Source: Macrostomum lignano (lineage: Eukaryota). Taken from it: 64,000 nt of DNA. This document shows, piece by piece, positions 1 to 12,719 of the stretch (its first letter is position 1; each line of letters starts with the position of its first letter). A program made the translations under genes and the position numbers. The notes under the pieces were generated by a model, which was not told the origin of the DNA, did no database searches, and saw nothing but the letters and a program-made list of their open reading frames with translations. The stretch spans positions 62,001 to 126,000 of the forward strand of contig NIVC01002769.1 of assembly GCA_002269645.1 (NCBI GenBank), in the 5' to 3' direction.

Positions 1-1799
1 ATGGTTGTGAGTTTTTGCAAATATTGTCTTGGCTAATTCATTACTATATAGACAAATATACATAGATACTATGATGCAAAGTGCAGACACAAATTTCTAT
101 TTGCCTCAGGTTGGCCTTTATACTAATAGATATGAACAATTGTATAATAAGCCCCTAACTTAGCAAATTTTTTTCTACAATGAATTTGTCTTTAAAATTA
201 AGCCAAAGATCATAGTATATCCTAGTATAAGTTAGATACTTTTACCATTAAGTGCTTCGCCTCCTATTAAGTTATACTATTAGGTTTTTATTCTTCAGAT
301 AATTCTATATTTAGAATAGAATTCTATTAGGAGCTAGGCCTAATATTGAGTGCTTTAAACTAGAAAATAATAGTTTTTTATTAAAATATATGATAGGTAT
401 AATAGCAACAACTATTTATTCAAGACAATTGTCTTGAGAATTTTTTACTTGATCAAAATGACAAAATATTTCAAAAAATTGATCTTGCTACTTAGGCCCT
501 AACTTTATAATATTAGGCCCTAACTTTAACTTTATCTGCTTAGCCATAGACCTAATCATAAATACTTTTTAGGCCTATTCATTGCATATGATATGTCTAT
601 ATATTTGAACCTTGAGCTTAGTTAGAAAGATCATCTGCTAGCCATGGTGAGGAAGTGCATGGTTTTTGGCTGATCAACACACTATGATTTGGTTGAAATG
701 CAGTCATTTTGTCTAGGGTCACTTTTTTGTTTGCTAGCAAATAAAATGACTTTAAAAAAACAATTAAAAAATATAGCTACATAAATGGTTTGTAAAGCAA
801 ATTACATAATATATATACTAATAGGGAATAGCAATATTATATTTAGGCCTAGGCCCTACTGTTGGCATTGTAGGCCTAGGCCTATTGGCTATTATATTTT
901 TGCAAATGAAAGAATGGCAAACAAATTGTCAACAGGGACAACAGACAAAAAACCATGAACCATCATCATTAACCTATGATTCTAATCCAAAAAGCAATGC
1001 CATGCCAATATATTGCTTTCCTTCGGATTCGGACAAAGTGGAGTGTCATCACTGGTTAGCTTAGGCCTAGCTGCATTGTCCAACTGCTTTAACATTGCCA
1101 ATGGCAAAGTTGAGAATCTGAGGACCTGCAGACTGCATTGGCTTCTGGGACTGGGAGTCAAAATGGTCGAAAAGAAGAGGCAAAACATCCGATTCATCCA
1201 CCTACAGAGTTTTCTCAGTTGCTGCCTGCCATCAATGCTTTAGCTTTGCCAAGTTCTTCTGTTCTGTTCTCTGGTTTTCAGATTTTTTGGATTGCTGTCC
1301 TCTTATTATTTTTGTTTCCTCATTCATTACATTAATTAATGCATCCATTATATTGTTAGATTTATTCATTTAGTCCTGGATTTTTAACTTGCGGAGAAAG
1401 AGATTCAAGTTTGTTCGTCGGTTGCTTGCTGACATGTGACGTGTCACGAGGGCCGCGAGGTAGTAGTAGTAAATTTGGCTCAGGCTTAAGGAGCCTGTTT
1501 TGCCAGTATAATCCGATGTATTTAGTATTTGTTCAAAAGGTTAAATTTTTACACGAGTTACGATATTTGTAAAAGTAAGGTACCAGTATTTGAAAGAGCG
1601 TCTAGAGTTTTTTGTAAAAAGATGTAGTATTTTTGAAAGCGCGTGATATTTCAAAGCGGGAAAAACGAACATAAACATACTTCGACAGACTTTAAGTTTA
1701 ACGAATAACGACGATTTAAATAGGAAATTAAAAAAGACAGTAAATGAATAAATAACTGAAAAGCGGATTTGTTACACTGCTAATGTATCTGATTCAGTT

Positions 1800-3300
1800 T
1801 GTTTAACTGTTTTAGCTATTCATGTCTTCATATATTTTAGCTACACCCGTGAGTTCTTTTCTGACTCTTTTTTCATTTGTAGCATACCCTATCTTGTGTA
1901 TTTGATTACCATTTAAGAGGTATTGACAGAAGTATTTTTTCCTGATCTCTTCAGTTTGTGGACATTCGGTCAAGTAGTGTAGAATGTCAGAACCATTTCG
2001 CGCTCCACACATTTTACATGGTTCTTGAGAAAAAAAGTTGGGTTTAACCTCGCATTTCAGTTTTAGGAGGGTTGTTAAGAATTTTTTGTTTCTGAAAGGT
2101 CGGGCCTGCAGATTTTTTTGTAGAGATAGGCGTTTTTGTAGAGTTTAATATGTTGCTGATTCTCTAGCTTTTGGCTAAGTTCTCTTTCTCTGTGTATCTT
2201 GAGGTGCTTTTTCACTAGGTGAAATTATTAAAGCTTTGGGAAAGTTTATCTTTAGTTAGTGCTTTTAGGTCTATACTTTCTAGTTTCTTTAGTACATTCA
2301 TTTTTAATGGATTTTTTTGGCCGGTGTTTGAGTAGAAAATTTCTAGAGTCGTTTGGCAGAGTTTTTTGTGTCTAATTTTCAGCCAGTAGATGAGGTAGGT
2401 TTTAGCGATTCGTTGAGAGATTGGAGTAAGCTCAAGTTCTGATGATATCACACTGTTGCTAGCAAATTTTGGTAGATTGAGGAGATATTTGTAGAATTTC
2501 AGCTGAATATTATCAATAGCTTTTGTGTCAGACATGGTAGCCAGAGGGCCCCAGAGCCCTGACAGGGGGAACAAGCGCGTCGAATAGTCTGCGAATGAGT
2601 GTGATGTCTAGGGACGTATTCTTTACCCTATGGAGTAGGGAAAACATGGCTGTATATACCTGCTTAGTTTGGTGTTCAATACATTTTTAAAGCAGTTTTT
2701 TGGTTCAAAAATAATTCCCAGGTATTTAAATTCATTTACTTCCTCTATTTCTTGATTGTCGTAGTATATTTTTGTAGCAAATGCTTTCTGTGTCGTTTTT
2801 TTGTCTGGTATTGCCCTGCATAAACTTTGTTTTGCTTGCGTTTACTTTCAAGTAATTTTGTTTGCAGTAATTTTCCATAGTCGTAAATGTGTCTTGAAGT
2901 TCGTCTTTGTTTTTAGCTAGAATGGCTTGATCGTCTGCAAAGAGTAGGATGAGTGGGAAAGCAGATCTCGTAAGAGAGCGCCTAGCGCTAGATTGTTCAA
3001 GATATTCAACAATGTCGTCAAAATATAGTTCAAAAGGGATGGTAGAGAGAGGGTTGCCTTGAAGAACACCTTTAGATATTGGGATTGGCTGGGTTTCATC
3101 ATCATCATCATCTTTTTTTAGAATGAAGCAGGTATTTTTATGCATGTTCTTGATAAGTTCCGTCATTTGACCTTTAATACCCTGTTTATCCGTTTTGTGC
3201 CAAAGGGTCGGTTGATTTAAGCTATCGAAGGCTTTTTCATAGTCAACAAATCCAATAAAGAGTTCTTCTCTTGCGAGGTGCAGGGCGGTCTACTATTTTG
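1800..3300 (-). mobile_element. Degraded, 5'-truncated non-LTR retrotransposon ORF2 (reverse transcriptase + C-terminal Cys/His region; RTEX/L2-like)
   Basis: Minus-strand RT motifs FVDYEKAFDSL (~3200-3260), KGVLQGNPLS and LLFADD (ORF 2732-3166), then QLKFYKYLL..SNSVISSELELTP..YWLKI (2215-2574) and CGARNGSDILHYLTECP (1812-2012); split by stops/frameshifts. Boundaries approximate. Confidence 0.85.
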
Positions 3301-3534
3301 AAATGCCGCCGGCGCAGAGAGCACGAGTAAAGCCGGAAAATCGCACAGTCGAATCTCAACGGGTTTTCTCCCGAATACTCCGTCTGCCGGGTCCTCAATT
3401 CTAACTTTCGTTGTCTATAAAAAAGTTTTTATGAATCTTTAGTAAATATAAATAAACTGCATATAGTTATAATTTTTTAAAGTGTTACGTGTTATTTCTT
3501 AGAAAAAATAGTTCTTTCTTCTTCTTTCTCCCCA

Positions 3535-3790
3535 TTTCTTAATCCGCACTCCTTCCGTTCTCTTTTCGCTCTTCTTCCGCTCTCCTTCCGCTCTCCTTCA
3601 GCTCTCCTCCTCTCCTTCCGCTCTCCTTCAGCTCTCCTCCTCTCCTTTCGCTCTCTTTCTGTTCTCCTTCCTCTCTCCCTTGCTCCTTCCCCTCAGCTCT
3701 CTCCCGCTCTCCCCCGCTCCTTCCGCTTTCCTTTCGCGCTCTCCTTCGATCCGCTCTCCCCCGCTTCTTCCGCTCTCCATCGCTCTTTGT
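3535..3790. repeat. CT-rich low-complexity tract (ctccttccgctctcc-like units)
   Basis: Almost pure pyrimidine tract with short imperfect repeats; the overlapping minus-strand ORFs are low-complexity E/R/G/K artefacts. Confidence 0.85.
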
Positions 3791-3942
3791 TTCTGTTTGC
3801 CAAATCCGCGTGGCAAAGTCAGAGGAGGGCTTACACGAGTTTACACGTCCATTCATAAAACTGTAAAACCAAATTGGATCTGTTTTTCAGAGTACGACCG
3901 ATCTTAATTAATCTTGCTGGGTTCGTATTCTCACGTCTGCTT

Positions 3943-4620
3943 AAAGTAGTGCCCAAAGAATTTTAATCAGCTGCGAACATTTGTAAAGTCTGCGTACAGT
4001 GCGCGATCGATAATTTCTGTTTCTGTTTTTCTCAGCCGGCCAATAGAAAAGCCGCGCATTAATTATACTAATTTCTCGCCCGCCCCCCCAGCCCGCTCCT
4101 TATTAGTCCTGTCTGGCTGGGGCGCTCTCGCTCTCTCTCTCCCCCTTTTGTGCGCTCTGGTTAGGAGCTGTATCTACTTTGTTTTTCCTTCTCTCTTTGT
4201 CTGGTTTTCGCCGCCGCCACTCCTGTTTGTTTGCCTTCTCTCTCTCTGCCTCACTCCGCCACGGTTCTAGCTACGCCTTCGCCAGCCTCAGTCACGCCAC
4301 TTCTACTGCTCTTTGCCAAGCAAGCTCTCGCTACAAGCACCGCCACCGCGTACGTTCACCGCCATCACTTCGTCAATATTGCCTCAGACTCATCATTAAC
4401 CCACTCAGTCTTCTGCCAATTAATTTATTGTTGCGTAGCCACCTGCAGTGCATCGTGTACGAATTCAACTGATATTTGACCTGTCTCTGTTGTCAATAAC
4501 AATAAACAAAGCCTGCGGCCATTGCTCGCATCCGTCGCCATTGTTGTCAAGTGCAACCGCTACAAATGTGCCTCTGCCGTATTTGTCTTCGCTGATTATT
4601 TTCGAGGCCGCCACACTACG
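3943..4620 (+). mobile_element. Dispersed non-coding repeat, copy 1 (possibly a non-autonomous TTAA-type DNA transposon end, Kolobok-like)
   Basis: Shares colinear blocks with 19555-20395, e.g. gcgcgatcgataatttctgtttc, cgccacgg, and gccattg..caagtgc.accgctacaaa; both copies begin near ttaa followed by two purines. Confidence 0.55.
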
Positions 4621-4625
4621 TCACA

Positions 4626-5016
4626 TCACCTTCACTCTCTACTGTTTACTTTATAGTTGTTTTCTCTCTCTGTCTTGCTCAATCTTGTTATTCTTATCTC
4701 TCTCCCTCGCCGTCTTCTGATTAGCTCATGATTCTCGCCTCTCTCTTCAGTCGCGCACTCCACCCCTCTCCTTATTATTCTGGGCTCAACCCCGCTAAGT
4801 TATGTTCTATAAATATATCGCTTTGGGCCCTGCGCCTACTTATCTGGCTCCTCTGTAGTATTCAATTTAACTCCAAGTAAACATTGTCGCGACTGAAGAG
4901 AGAGGCGATCGAAGAATGGAGAGCCAATCAGAAGGCAGCAAGGGAGAGAGAGATTAGAATAACAAGATTGAGCTAGACAGAGAGAAAACAGAGCAAACAG
5001 AGACAAGTGAAGGTGA
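4626..5016. repeat. Inverted repeat, ~130-bp arms (4626-4755 / 4888-5016) around a ~130-bp spacer
   Basis: Left arm ...gtcttgctcaatcttgttattcttatctctctccctcgccgtcttctgattagctc...cgcctctctcttcagtcgcg is the imperfect reverse complement of the right arm cgcgactgaagagagaggcga...aatcagaagg...agaataacaagattgagctagac...gtgaaggtga. Confidence 0.8.
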
Positions 5017-5040
5017 ACTGACTAGGAAAGTCGCGACAGG

Positions 5041-5660
5041 CCGATTGTTCTTTTCACGGACCTGCATGAGTCCCGGTTGTCCATTGAAGTCCTCGAGCTT
5101 CTGAGGGAGGAGCGGATCCTGCTGTACGGCCTAGCCGGTGCCCAACGCCACCCACGTCATTCAACCGCTAGAATTGGCTGTGTTTCGACCAGTGAAGGAC
5201 GGTTGGCGCGTGATCTCCTGGCCGAGCGACCACGTCAGGCGGCTGTCAGCGAGACAGTCAGCAGGCTGCAGTTCGTGCGTCTCTTCCGTGATGTCGCACA
5301 GCAGAGATCAACGGCGGAGAACATCCAGTCAGGATTCAGGAAGGCCGGCATCTATCCCCAAAACCCGGACGCGCTGGCCTTCGCCAAACAATGAGCTGCT
5401 CCGTCGAGCATTGCTTCGAGCGGGTCCTGGGCTTTGAGAAGCTACAGCAGCTCAAGACAGGTCCTGTGACAGCTTCCGACCGTACGTGGAAGGATCTGCT
5501 CGAATTGCTGACAGGAACGTGTCTCCCTCTCCTCTGTCGCACCACAGGTGAGTCCGACTCATCCGACTTCCAGCAGTCCGAGAGCTCCGGGCATGATGGA
5601 TGACTCTGTGACACTCAACCCATGACCGACTGAGAGAGGATGGAGACGGATTCAGTCCAG
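5041..5660 (+). mobile_element. pogo/Tigger-type (DDE_1) transposase fragment, frameshifted
   Basis: PIVLFTDLHESRLSIEVLEL..ILLYGL, PNATHVIQPLELAVFRPVK..W and NIQSGFRKAGIYPQNPD match the pogo catalytic-domain signature across frames. Confidence 0.85.
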
Positions 5661-6959
5661 TCAAAAGGTAGGCCTATAAGCCGAGATAGCTAGTTATGAG
5701 TAATTGAGCAATTATATGCATTCCGATCAATGTCTTCTTACCTTCTCTGCATCCCTCTCTTTGCAAATCATCCGACTCACATGTCCACCGTACCCTATCA
5801 TCCTCTGGTCTCTCATCTCACCCTCTGCATCCACTGCTCTCTCATCTCATCCTCTGCATAATCTGATCTTATCCTCTCATCTCTCGTCTCATCATTTGCT
5901 CTTCATATTTTCCCGTGCCTTCTATTCCCTTTAAGTCTGCTATTTTGTCATAAGTTTTATAGCTTTCAAGATTTATATGAGTTAGATGCACAATGTTCAC
6001 GCTTTTAAATACTCGTAATGCAACAGAACAATTCTCACCGTTCTCATCCGTGTGGGACGCCTGCAGTGCCGCGGTCAGAGACATGCTGCCAGCTGGACAC
6101 CGACGCAAGGCTTCAAAACTGATTCGACGACGGAAGCCAGTCGTCCAGGAGATCCCTCACTCAAACCTAACCAGCAAATCAACCTTACTTTATTTTCGAA
6201 ACCGAAACCAACGACGAAGGAATCAGTTGCAGGCACCCCGAGCACGGAAGGTCGTTCGCCAGGACAAGCTGCGGATACGTCGAAAAAAGCTGGCAGCCAT
6301 CGCCGTCCTCAAGTCATTCGCTGCAAGCCTATAGACTGCTAATTTGGGAGACGTTGCTCACCTGGGCAGCTGCTTCTTTGAGAACGTTGAGAAGCTGCTG
6401 ATGGCCGAAGGCGGTAAGGCAGATGCCCTTCAACTGCAGCGACAGGCTAGCGCGACTACCTATTGGAGAACCCAACAATCAGGGAAGAGCTCGTGACCAG
6501 CCCGATGCAGTTGTGCCGATCGTTATGAAACCGCAGTCAGCAGCTGGAGCTCCACTGAGGAGGGCCCACATCCCTGAAGCCCACTACACATGCCGCTGCT
6601 GCCAATCGATACGCATGTGCCGTGAGCAACTACATAAAGGAATAAACAAAAGTTTTTTATACACAAGCTTGTAAATAAAAATAATACACTTACATTTCTA
6701 TTAAATTTATTGTTTACTATAATACTGTGTAATATAATATTTCAGTAATAATTATAGATACATTTACAACGTACTATAAATTATTTGTCCCGATATTGAT
6801 AAATCTAGGTGTGAAGGGTGACGCGACGCAGACAAGACTTGTTTTAGTTTGAACAATAATGCAGCGAACTGATATATTTGCTGAGTAATAAATTTACTAC
6901 GAAGAAAAGAAGGATATCGTTATTTAAATACGAAGTGGCATAAAACGATATTTGAGTTA

Positions 6960-8545
6960 TTGATAAAAGTTAGAGTAGAAAGTACGCTATGTACGCATTG
7001 ATGTACGCATGGGTGGGGTGCACGCTTGGCATGGTGAGAAGGGCACAAAGTGAGTCAGTTTAATAGCTAGCCAGTCAATAGTCAGTGACAACCTCCCAAC
7101 ACGTCATCTTCCCCCTCCGAATCGTAGAGGGGGCACTTCCTTATTCGAACGCGAGGGGTAGCGTCCTATCGTGCCACCAGGGTGAGTCGGATGTGGCTCC
7201 GGCGTCGCGTCGAGTTCAGCGTTCGACGCCAGGTCGAGCGCAACATCCGGCGCCGTCTCCGCTGCCTGTTCAGTGTGCGCGTCATCGTCACCGTCCGCGC
7301 TGTGCCGCTCAGCAGAGCCGCCGATCAGGCCAGCAGCAGCGTCCCCGTCATGTCTTGGTAACGGAGCAGCGGCGTTGTTCTCTGCCTATTCTGTGCTCGA
7401 TTGACTCGCTTCGGGATTGATCAACGGTCGGATCTGATCCTGATGCGCCAATGTGAGACGCCCGGATCCTCGTTGAATGAGGGCGGTATATTCGAGCCCT
7501 TCTGCAGAAGAAACTCCGCCTTTGTAGGGGACAGTCCGGCGGCGGGGACGTACCAGATGCCCGATCCGGTCGGCGTGCGCATGGTAATGGGATTTCGCAG
7601 CTGCCGACCCATCAGCTCCGATGGGCTGTGCGGACGTCCTGTATGCGGGATGCAGCGGTAGTTTAGTAGAAGCCTGGCCAGGAAGCTCTTGTACGTTTCC
7701 CGACGATCCCATGGCCTAGAGAGGCCTTCTTGATAGATTGAACCATTCGTTCCGCGATGCCGTTCGACTGAGGATGCAGTGGTGGGGTCTTGATAGGGCG
7801 GCAACCGATTCTTTCGAGCCAGCCGGTCAGTTCAGCATCATGGAATTCTGCCGCGTTGCCGCTTACCAGCACGTCTGGGACTCCGTTGCGAGAGAAAACG
7901 TCCTGGAGCACGCGTTCAACGGTTGCTGCGATTCTATCTGGAACTCGCACGGCTTCTGGCCAGCCCGACATGGCGTCCACGAAAATCAGGATGAGACCGA
8001 CTCCTGGCACGTGTGCGTGATCCATATGAACGTGGCACCATGGACCGTTCTCAATTGTGGCCAGCGGTGCACGGTGCTCTGACCTCTCGGATGCAGCCTG
8101 GCGCATGTTGAACAGGCACGGGCAAACGACTCCACGTCACCACAGTAGCCTGGCCACCATGCCGAGTTGCGAAACTGGGACCGGGTTGAATTTGCGCCCT
8201 GATGAGTGTCGTTGTGCACCAGCGCGAGTACTCGCCTCCGTAGTGAGGTTGGGATGACTGTCCGGTCCCCATAACAGATCACGCCCTCGTTGGTAGCGAG
8301 AGCATGACGAACAGCTTTGAATGGACGTTCAGCCGGAGAGCAGTTGGGACCAGCAGTTTTTCTCGATGCGGGTCGCAATTTCAACCAGTAGGCGCTCTTT
8401 TAAGGTTTCATCGGCCAGTTCGCGCCAGGGAAGGACAGCTCCGCCTGTCCAGTGCACGATGCGTGCGTCCTCCTTGCTGGTTTCGGATAGGCGCTGTAAT
8501 TGCCTCGCGGCCTTGACGGTGTCCGATGGGCACACGATGACATCA
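6960..8545 (-). mobile_element. Ty3/Gypsy LTR retrotransposon 3' half (integrase, polypurine tract, probable 3' LTR)
   Basis: Minus strand: H..HQG..WWPG..C..C zinc-binding region, GPWCHVHMDH..VDAMSGWPEA..HPQSNGIAER core; PPT ggagggggaaga (7107-7118) followed by TG at 7106. Far end of the LTR not resolved. Confidence 0.85.
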
Positions 8546-10775
8546 CCGTCTTTGCGAGCACGATGGAAGAGCACAACATCCGACTAAAACAGTGCTTCAA
8601 GCGCCTACAAGACCATGGAATCACACTGAAACCGAACAAGTGTCGTCTGGCGCAGCCTTTCATCGATTTTCTGGGTATGTGCATCAGCGCACGAGGCGTC
8701 CAGCCTGCAGCCGAGAAGATCAAGGCCCTCGAAGACTTTAAGGAGCCAACAAACGTGTCAGAGCTGCGCTCATTCCTCGGTTTGGCCACCTACCTGTCCA
8801 GGTTCGTTCCGAACTTCTCAGATCTGACGCAGCCAATGCGAGAACTGCTAAAAAAGGGGTCATAAATGGTGCTGGTCAGAAAGGCAACAAGAAGCATTCC
8901 TGCAAACAAGAGCAGCGATCTGCAAGGAGAGCGTCCTGGCTTTCTTTGACGTGAATCTTCCAACAGAAGTTCATGTGGACGCCTCGCCAGTCGGCCTAGG
9001 TGCCATTCTCAGCCAGGTGGATGAGAAAGGCGTTCGCAAACCGGTCGCCTTCGCCAGCAGGTCGCTCACGCCAGTTGAGCAGCGATACGCCCAAATTTAA
9101 CGCGAGACGCTTGCGGTGAAATTCGGGTGCCTACGTTTCGAGCACTACCTCAGCGGCTGCCCAGATCTCACAGTCATCACGGATCACCGCCCATTAGTCC
9201 CGCTTTTTCAACCTGGTTCCAGGCCTCCACCAAGGATTGAACGGATGGCTTTAAAAGTACAGCACCTCAAATTCAAGCTCATCTATCAGCCGGGGCCACA
9301 GAAACCAGCGGATGTCCTCAGTAGACAACCTGAAATGCAGACAAAGGACAACCCCGGGGAACTCCTGGACAGACGCTTCATCAACGCAGTCGCCATCGGC
9401 TCTACTCCGAAAGGACTAAACTTTGCAACGATTCAGGAGGCTTTAAAGTCAGACGGCACAATCCAAGCAGCTCTATCAGCTCTACGAACTGGCCAATGGG
9501 ACAAGCAGAACAGAGAACTTCGAGCCTTGTCCTGCCTGCAGCAGGAGCTTTCAGAACATGACGGCGTGCTACTACGGAGCTCGTTGATCGTGATCCCGAG
9601 CAGCTTACGTCGGACGGTGCTCCAGTTGGCACACGCAGGCCACCAATGCTGCCGAAAAACTATGGACAGACTGCAAACCAAAGTATGGTGGCCAGCGATG
9701 AGAAGCGACTGCCAGACATTCGTCCAGTCTTGCTTCCCTTGCCAAGCGACATCGCCAAAGAGCCTCGCACTGCCACCACTCTCACCGTCGCAACTTCCGG
9801 ACGGAGCATGGCTGGTTCTTGGAATGGACTTTTACGGCCCAGTCCAAGGGAAAATGCTCCTGGTGACAACCGATCTCTTTTCAAAATTTCCCGAGGTCGA
9901 TATAGTCAGCTCAACATCAGCAGAGGCAGTGCTTCCACATCTCCGGACTCTGTTTAGCAGATACGGCATCCCGTCGGAAATCGTCAGCGACAATGGACCT
10001 CCGTTTAACTCGGCAGAATTCACAAACTTCCTCTCAGAGTTCGGCATCAAGCATCGCCGGATCTGTCCGCTGCACCCCGAGGCGAACGGAGCGACCGAGC
10101 GAGTCAACAGGTGCATCAACAAGGTCATCAGAGCGGCCATCGCAGAAGGACGCAACTGGCGCACCGCACTCGACGACTGGCTGCTCGCTCATCGCGTCAC
10201 TCCGCACTCGGCAACCGGCGTGGCACCAGCCGAACTGCTCATGGGCCGAGCTCTCAACGACGGCCTCCCGTCAATCCAACCATCGCAGCCTGTGCAGCAC
10301 CACCGAGCCGAACTCGCAAAGCGCCACGAGGCCTACAACAACCAGATGGCAGCAGGTTTCAACCGCTCCAGGAGGGCCAAGACAGCCAATGTCAAGCCGG
10401 GTTCGGCGGTTCTCCGCAAGCGGACGAGACGCACGAAAACTCAAACGCCTTTCGAGCTCCAACCCTGGACCGTCACCGACAGGCGAGGCGATTCCTACGT
10501 CCTGCGGCAAGGTGACGGGACATGCACTCGCCACCTGACGCACATCCGGCCTCTGACAGCGACCGAGGACCCACCACCAGAAGCGGACGCTGGCGCCGCC
10601 TCGCCGGAGCGCGGCATTGCTGAGAGGTCGCACCCGAGAGCGGCCAAGGACAAGCCTATCAGCTACAGAGTTTGACGGGTTTTGACGGGTAACTGGTGCT
10701 AAGGGCTGAGACAAATGTTTTTTACCCTTTTTATCCTTTTAATCCGCATTTTTGAGCTTTTTCGTTTTTGGGGAG
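8536..10775 (+). mobile_element. Ty3/Gypsy pol fragment (C-terminal RT, RNase H, integrase) with in-frame stops
   Basis: HDDITVF..LKPNKC..FLG, ELRSFLGLATY, VDASPVGLGAILSQ..PVAFASRSL, DHRPL, HAGHQ..WWP..C..C, MDFYGP..SDNGPPF..HPEANGATER; stops at ~8863 and ~9098; purine run ggggagaag near 10770. Confidence 0.93.
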
Positions 10776-11640
10776 AAGTTTAATTGCCTCGCAATATTAT
10801 TATCAATTTGTTCTAAACAAGCGATTGAGTTATATTATAAATGTACATCTTGTGTCGCATGAGTCATGTACGCCGTATTATTGATTTGTACGCGTAAAAC
10901 CTCAAATATATATATCGCTAACCTGGCCAGTTTGGGCCCCGTGATTGATTTTCTCGCTCAGCTTAACACGCGGCCTTCAGACTTTACAAGTGGGAGGAGG
11001 GTAAGCGAATGCGGAATTGAGATTTGATGGGTGTTTTGAACGTACATAGAATTGATTGTGAATAGAAGACCGTGGAATTAGGGATTGAAACTGATAAGGA
11101 CATAGAATGAAGAAGGTTAAGACACCAATTTTAAATATTTTAAGTATCGAATCGAATGTGTATCAAATAAATAAAAGAACAATCACAATTTATCATAATC
11201 CCAGATTGAATATACGCTCGTAATGGTAAATCAACGATATTCCTAACTTAACTCAGTCGAAACTATAATGCTCGTTCAATTCTTCAATTAAAACATAGAA
11301 ACAATCGAAATAACTGATGACACAGAGAATGCTCGAAATGCTGCAGTCAATAATAAATCGCAAGAATGCGACATCTAACCATTGACTATTTATTATTGAC
11401 TACACGAAGATTTGGCACTCTGTCTTTGCTTATTGGGCGTTTTTAATCAGTTAGTGGGCTATCCCCATACTTGCTATTTCGGTATCAGCGAGCCAAATAT
11501 AAACGAAGGACGACCCCAGACAGAATACGAGTGACCTAGCCATCAGCCAATACAGAGCAGTGAAAACCAAACCCCAATTCACAAGCCAATCGGCGACTAT
11601 GGTAGATTCCCAGGGTCTTGGCTTTTTAGAAACAAAAGAC

Positions 11641-11830
11641 ACTAAAAAATCACTGAGTGTCACTAAGGCTCATTAAAAGTCACACACATTCACTAAGTGT
11701 CACAAAAAATCACTAAAAGTCACTAAGAGTCACTAAAAGTCACTAAAAGTCACTAAATGTCAGCAAAAGTCCTAAGATTCACTAAGAGTCACTGAGAGGC
11801 ACTAAGAGTCACTAAGAGTCAATAAAAGTC
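11641..11830 (+). repeat. 10-bp tandem repeat (cactaaaagt / cactaagagt)
   Basis: Roughly 15 or more imperfect consecutive units. Confidence 0.85.
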
Positions 11831-12719
11831 ATTGGCAACAGAACAGTAGCCGGATCTTTACTAGACAAGTCACTTATAGTGGCTGCATTATGTCGTTGGG
11901 TAGCAGGGTATCAGCTATTCGCTATATCCCATGGAGTAGCGTTCCTGCTCAAGGGAGCTTCATCATTCTGCCTGTCTCGGCATACTACCCATTATTTAGC
12001 TAGCTGAAGATACCTAGCAGTTGAAGTTTGCCCACTGTCGGGGCTTGATCATCGAAACAGGAGAAATTTGCAACAACGTGTCCATAGTCACTTGGTGCCA
12101 CCTGCTGAAGGTCCAGAAGCTCCGTCTGGGAGAAGGCCAGTGACTAACAATGTCAGAGCTGATGCAGACACATGAGGTCGATGTGCTGATGAAATTTGGA
12201 GACTTGGCAAGGCTGCACTAAGGCGTAGTGCTGATTGACGCACAGGGATGTACTGAATGCTCGTAATCAGCAGTAGTCCGTTATATGCTACAATTGCACC
12301 ACAAGAAGACGAAATAGGCTTAGAGGCGATGATAAGAAACCTGCCGAGAATGGACTGAATTCGATTAGAGATGTCGTCAATGCCGCCGCAAATAGGCGAC
12401 GACAACTACGACAGCCACTGAGCTGTCTAGCACTAAACTGCACGTCGAATACTGCACATCTATCTAGTATTGGAGCTCGAGGCTCCAATTCTGGAGCCTC
12501 ATTTATCCTCCAAGGCTGGCTAAAATTACGTGACTTTGACAGCAGTGCTTACTACTTGAATGCTGGGCTGCAACCGCAATTTAGTGGAGTGTCTATGGCC
12601 AAATCGTGTATTCGTATTCCTTAAGTGTGTATGAGTTGGGCTTTCAAGAATCTGCCTCCCCGTCGCAATTCTCAGATTTTCAACGTCGTCTCGTCTCATC
12701 AAACTCATCTGCGGCAACA

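Noticed and set aside
5940-6800. Possible piggyBac-like transposase tail (HYTCRCCQSIRMCREQ, Cys-rich)
   Set aside because: Only a short Cys pattern; no DDD motif in any frame and no TTAA-flanked TIR found.
11850-12700. Coding-like GC content with several short ORFs
   Set aside because: No recognisable motif in the frames I translated; many stops.
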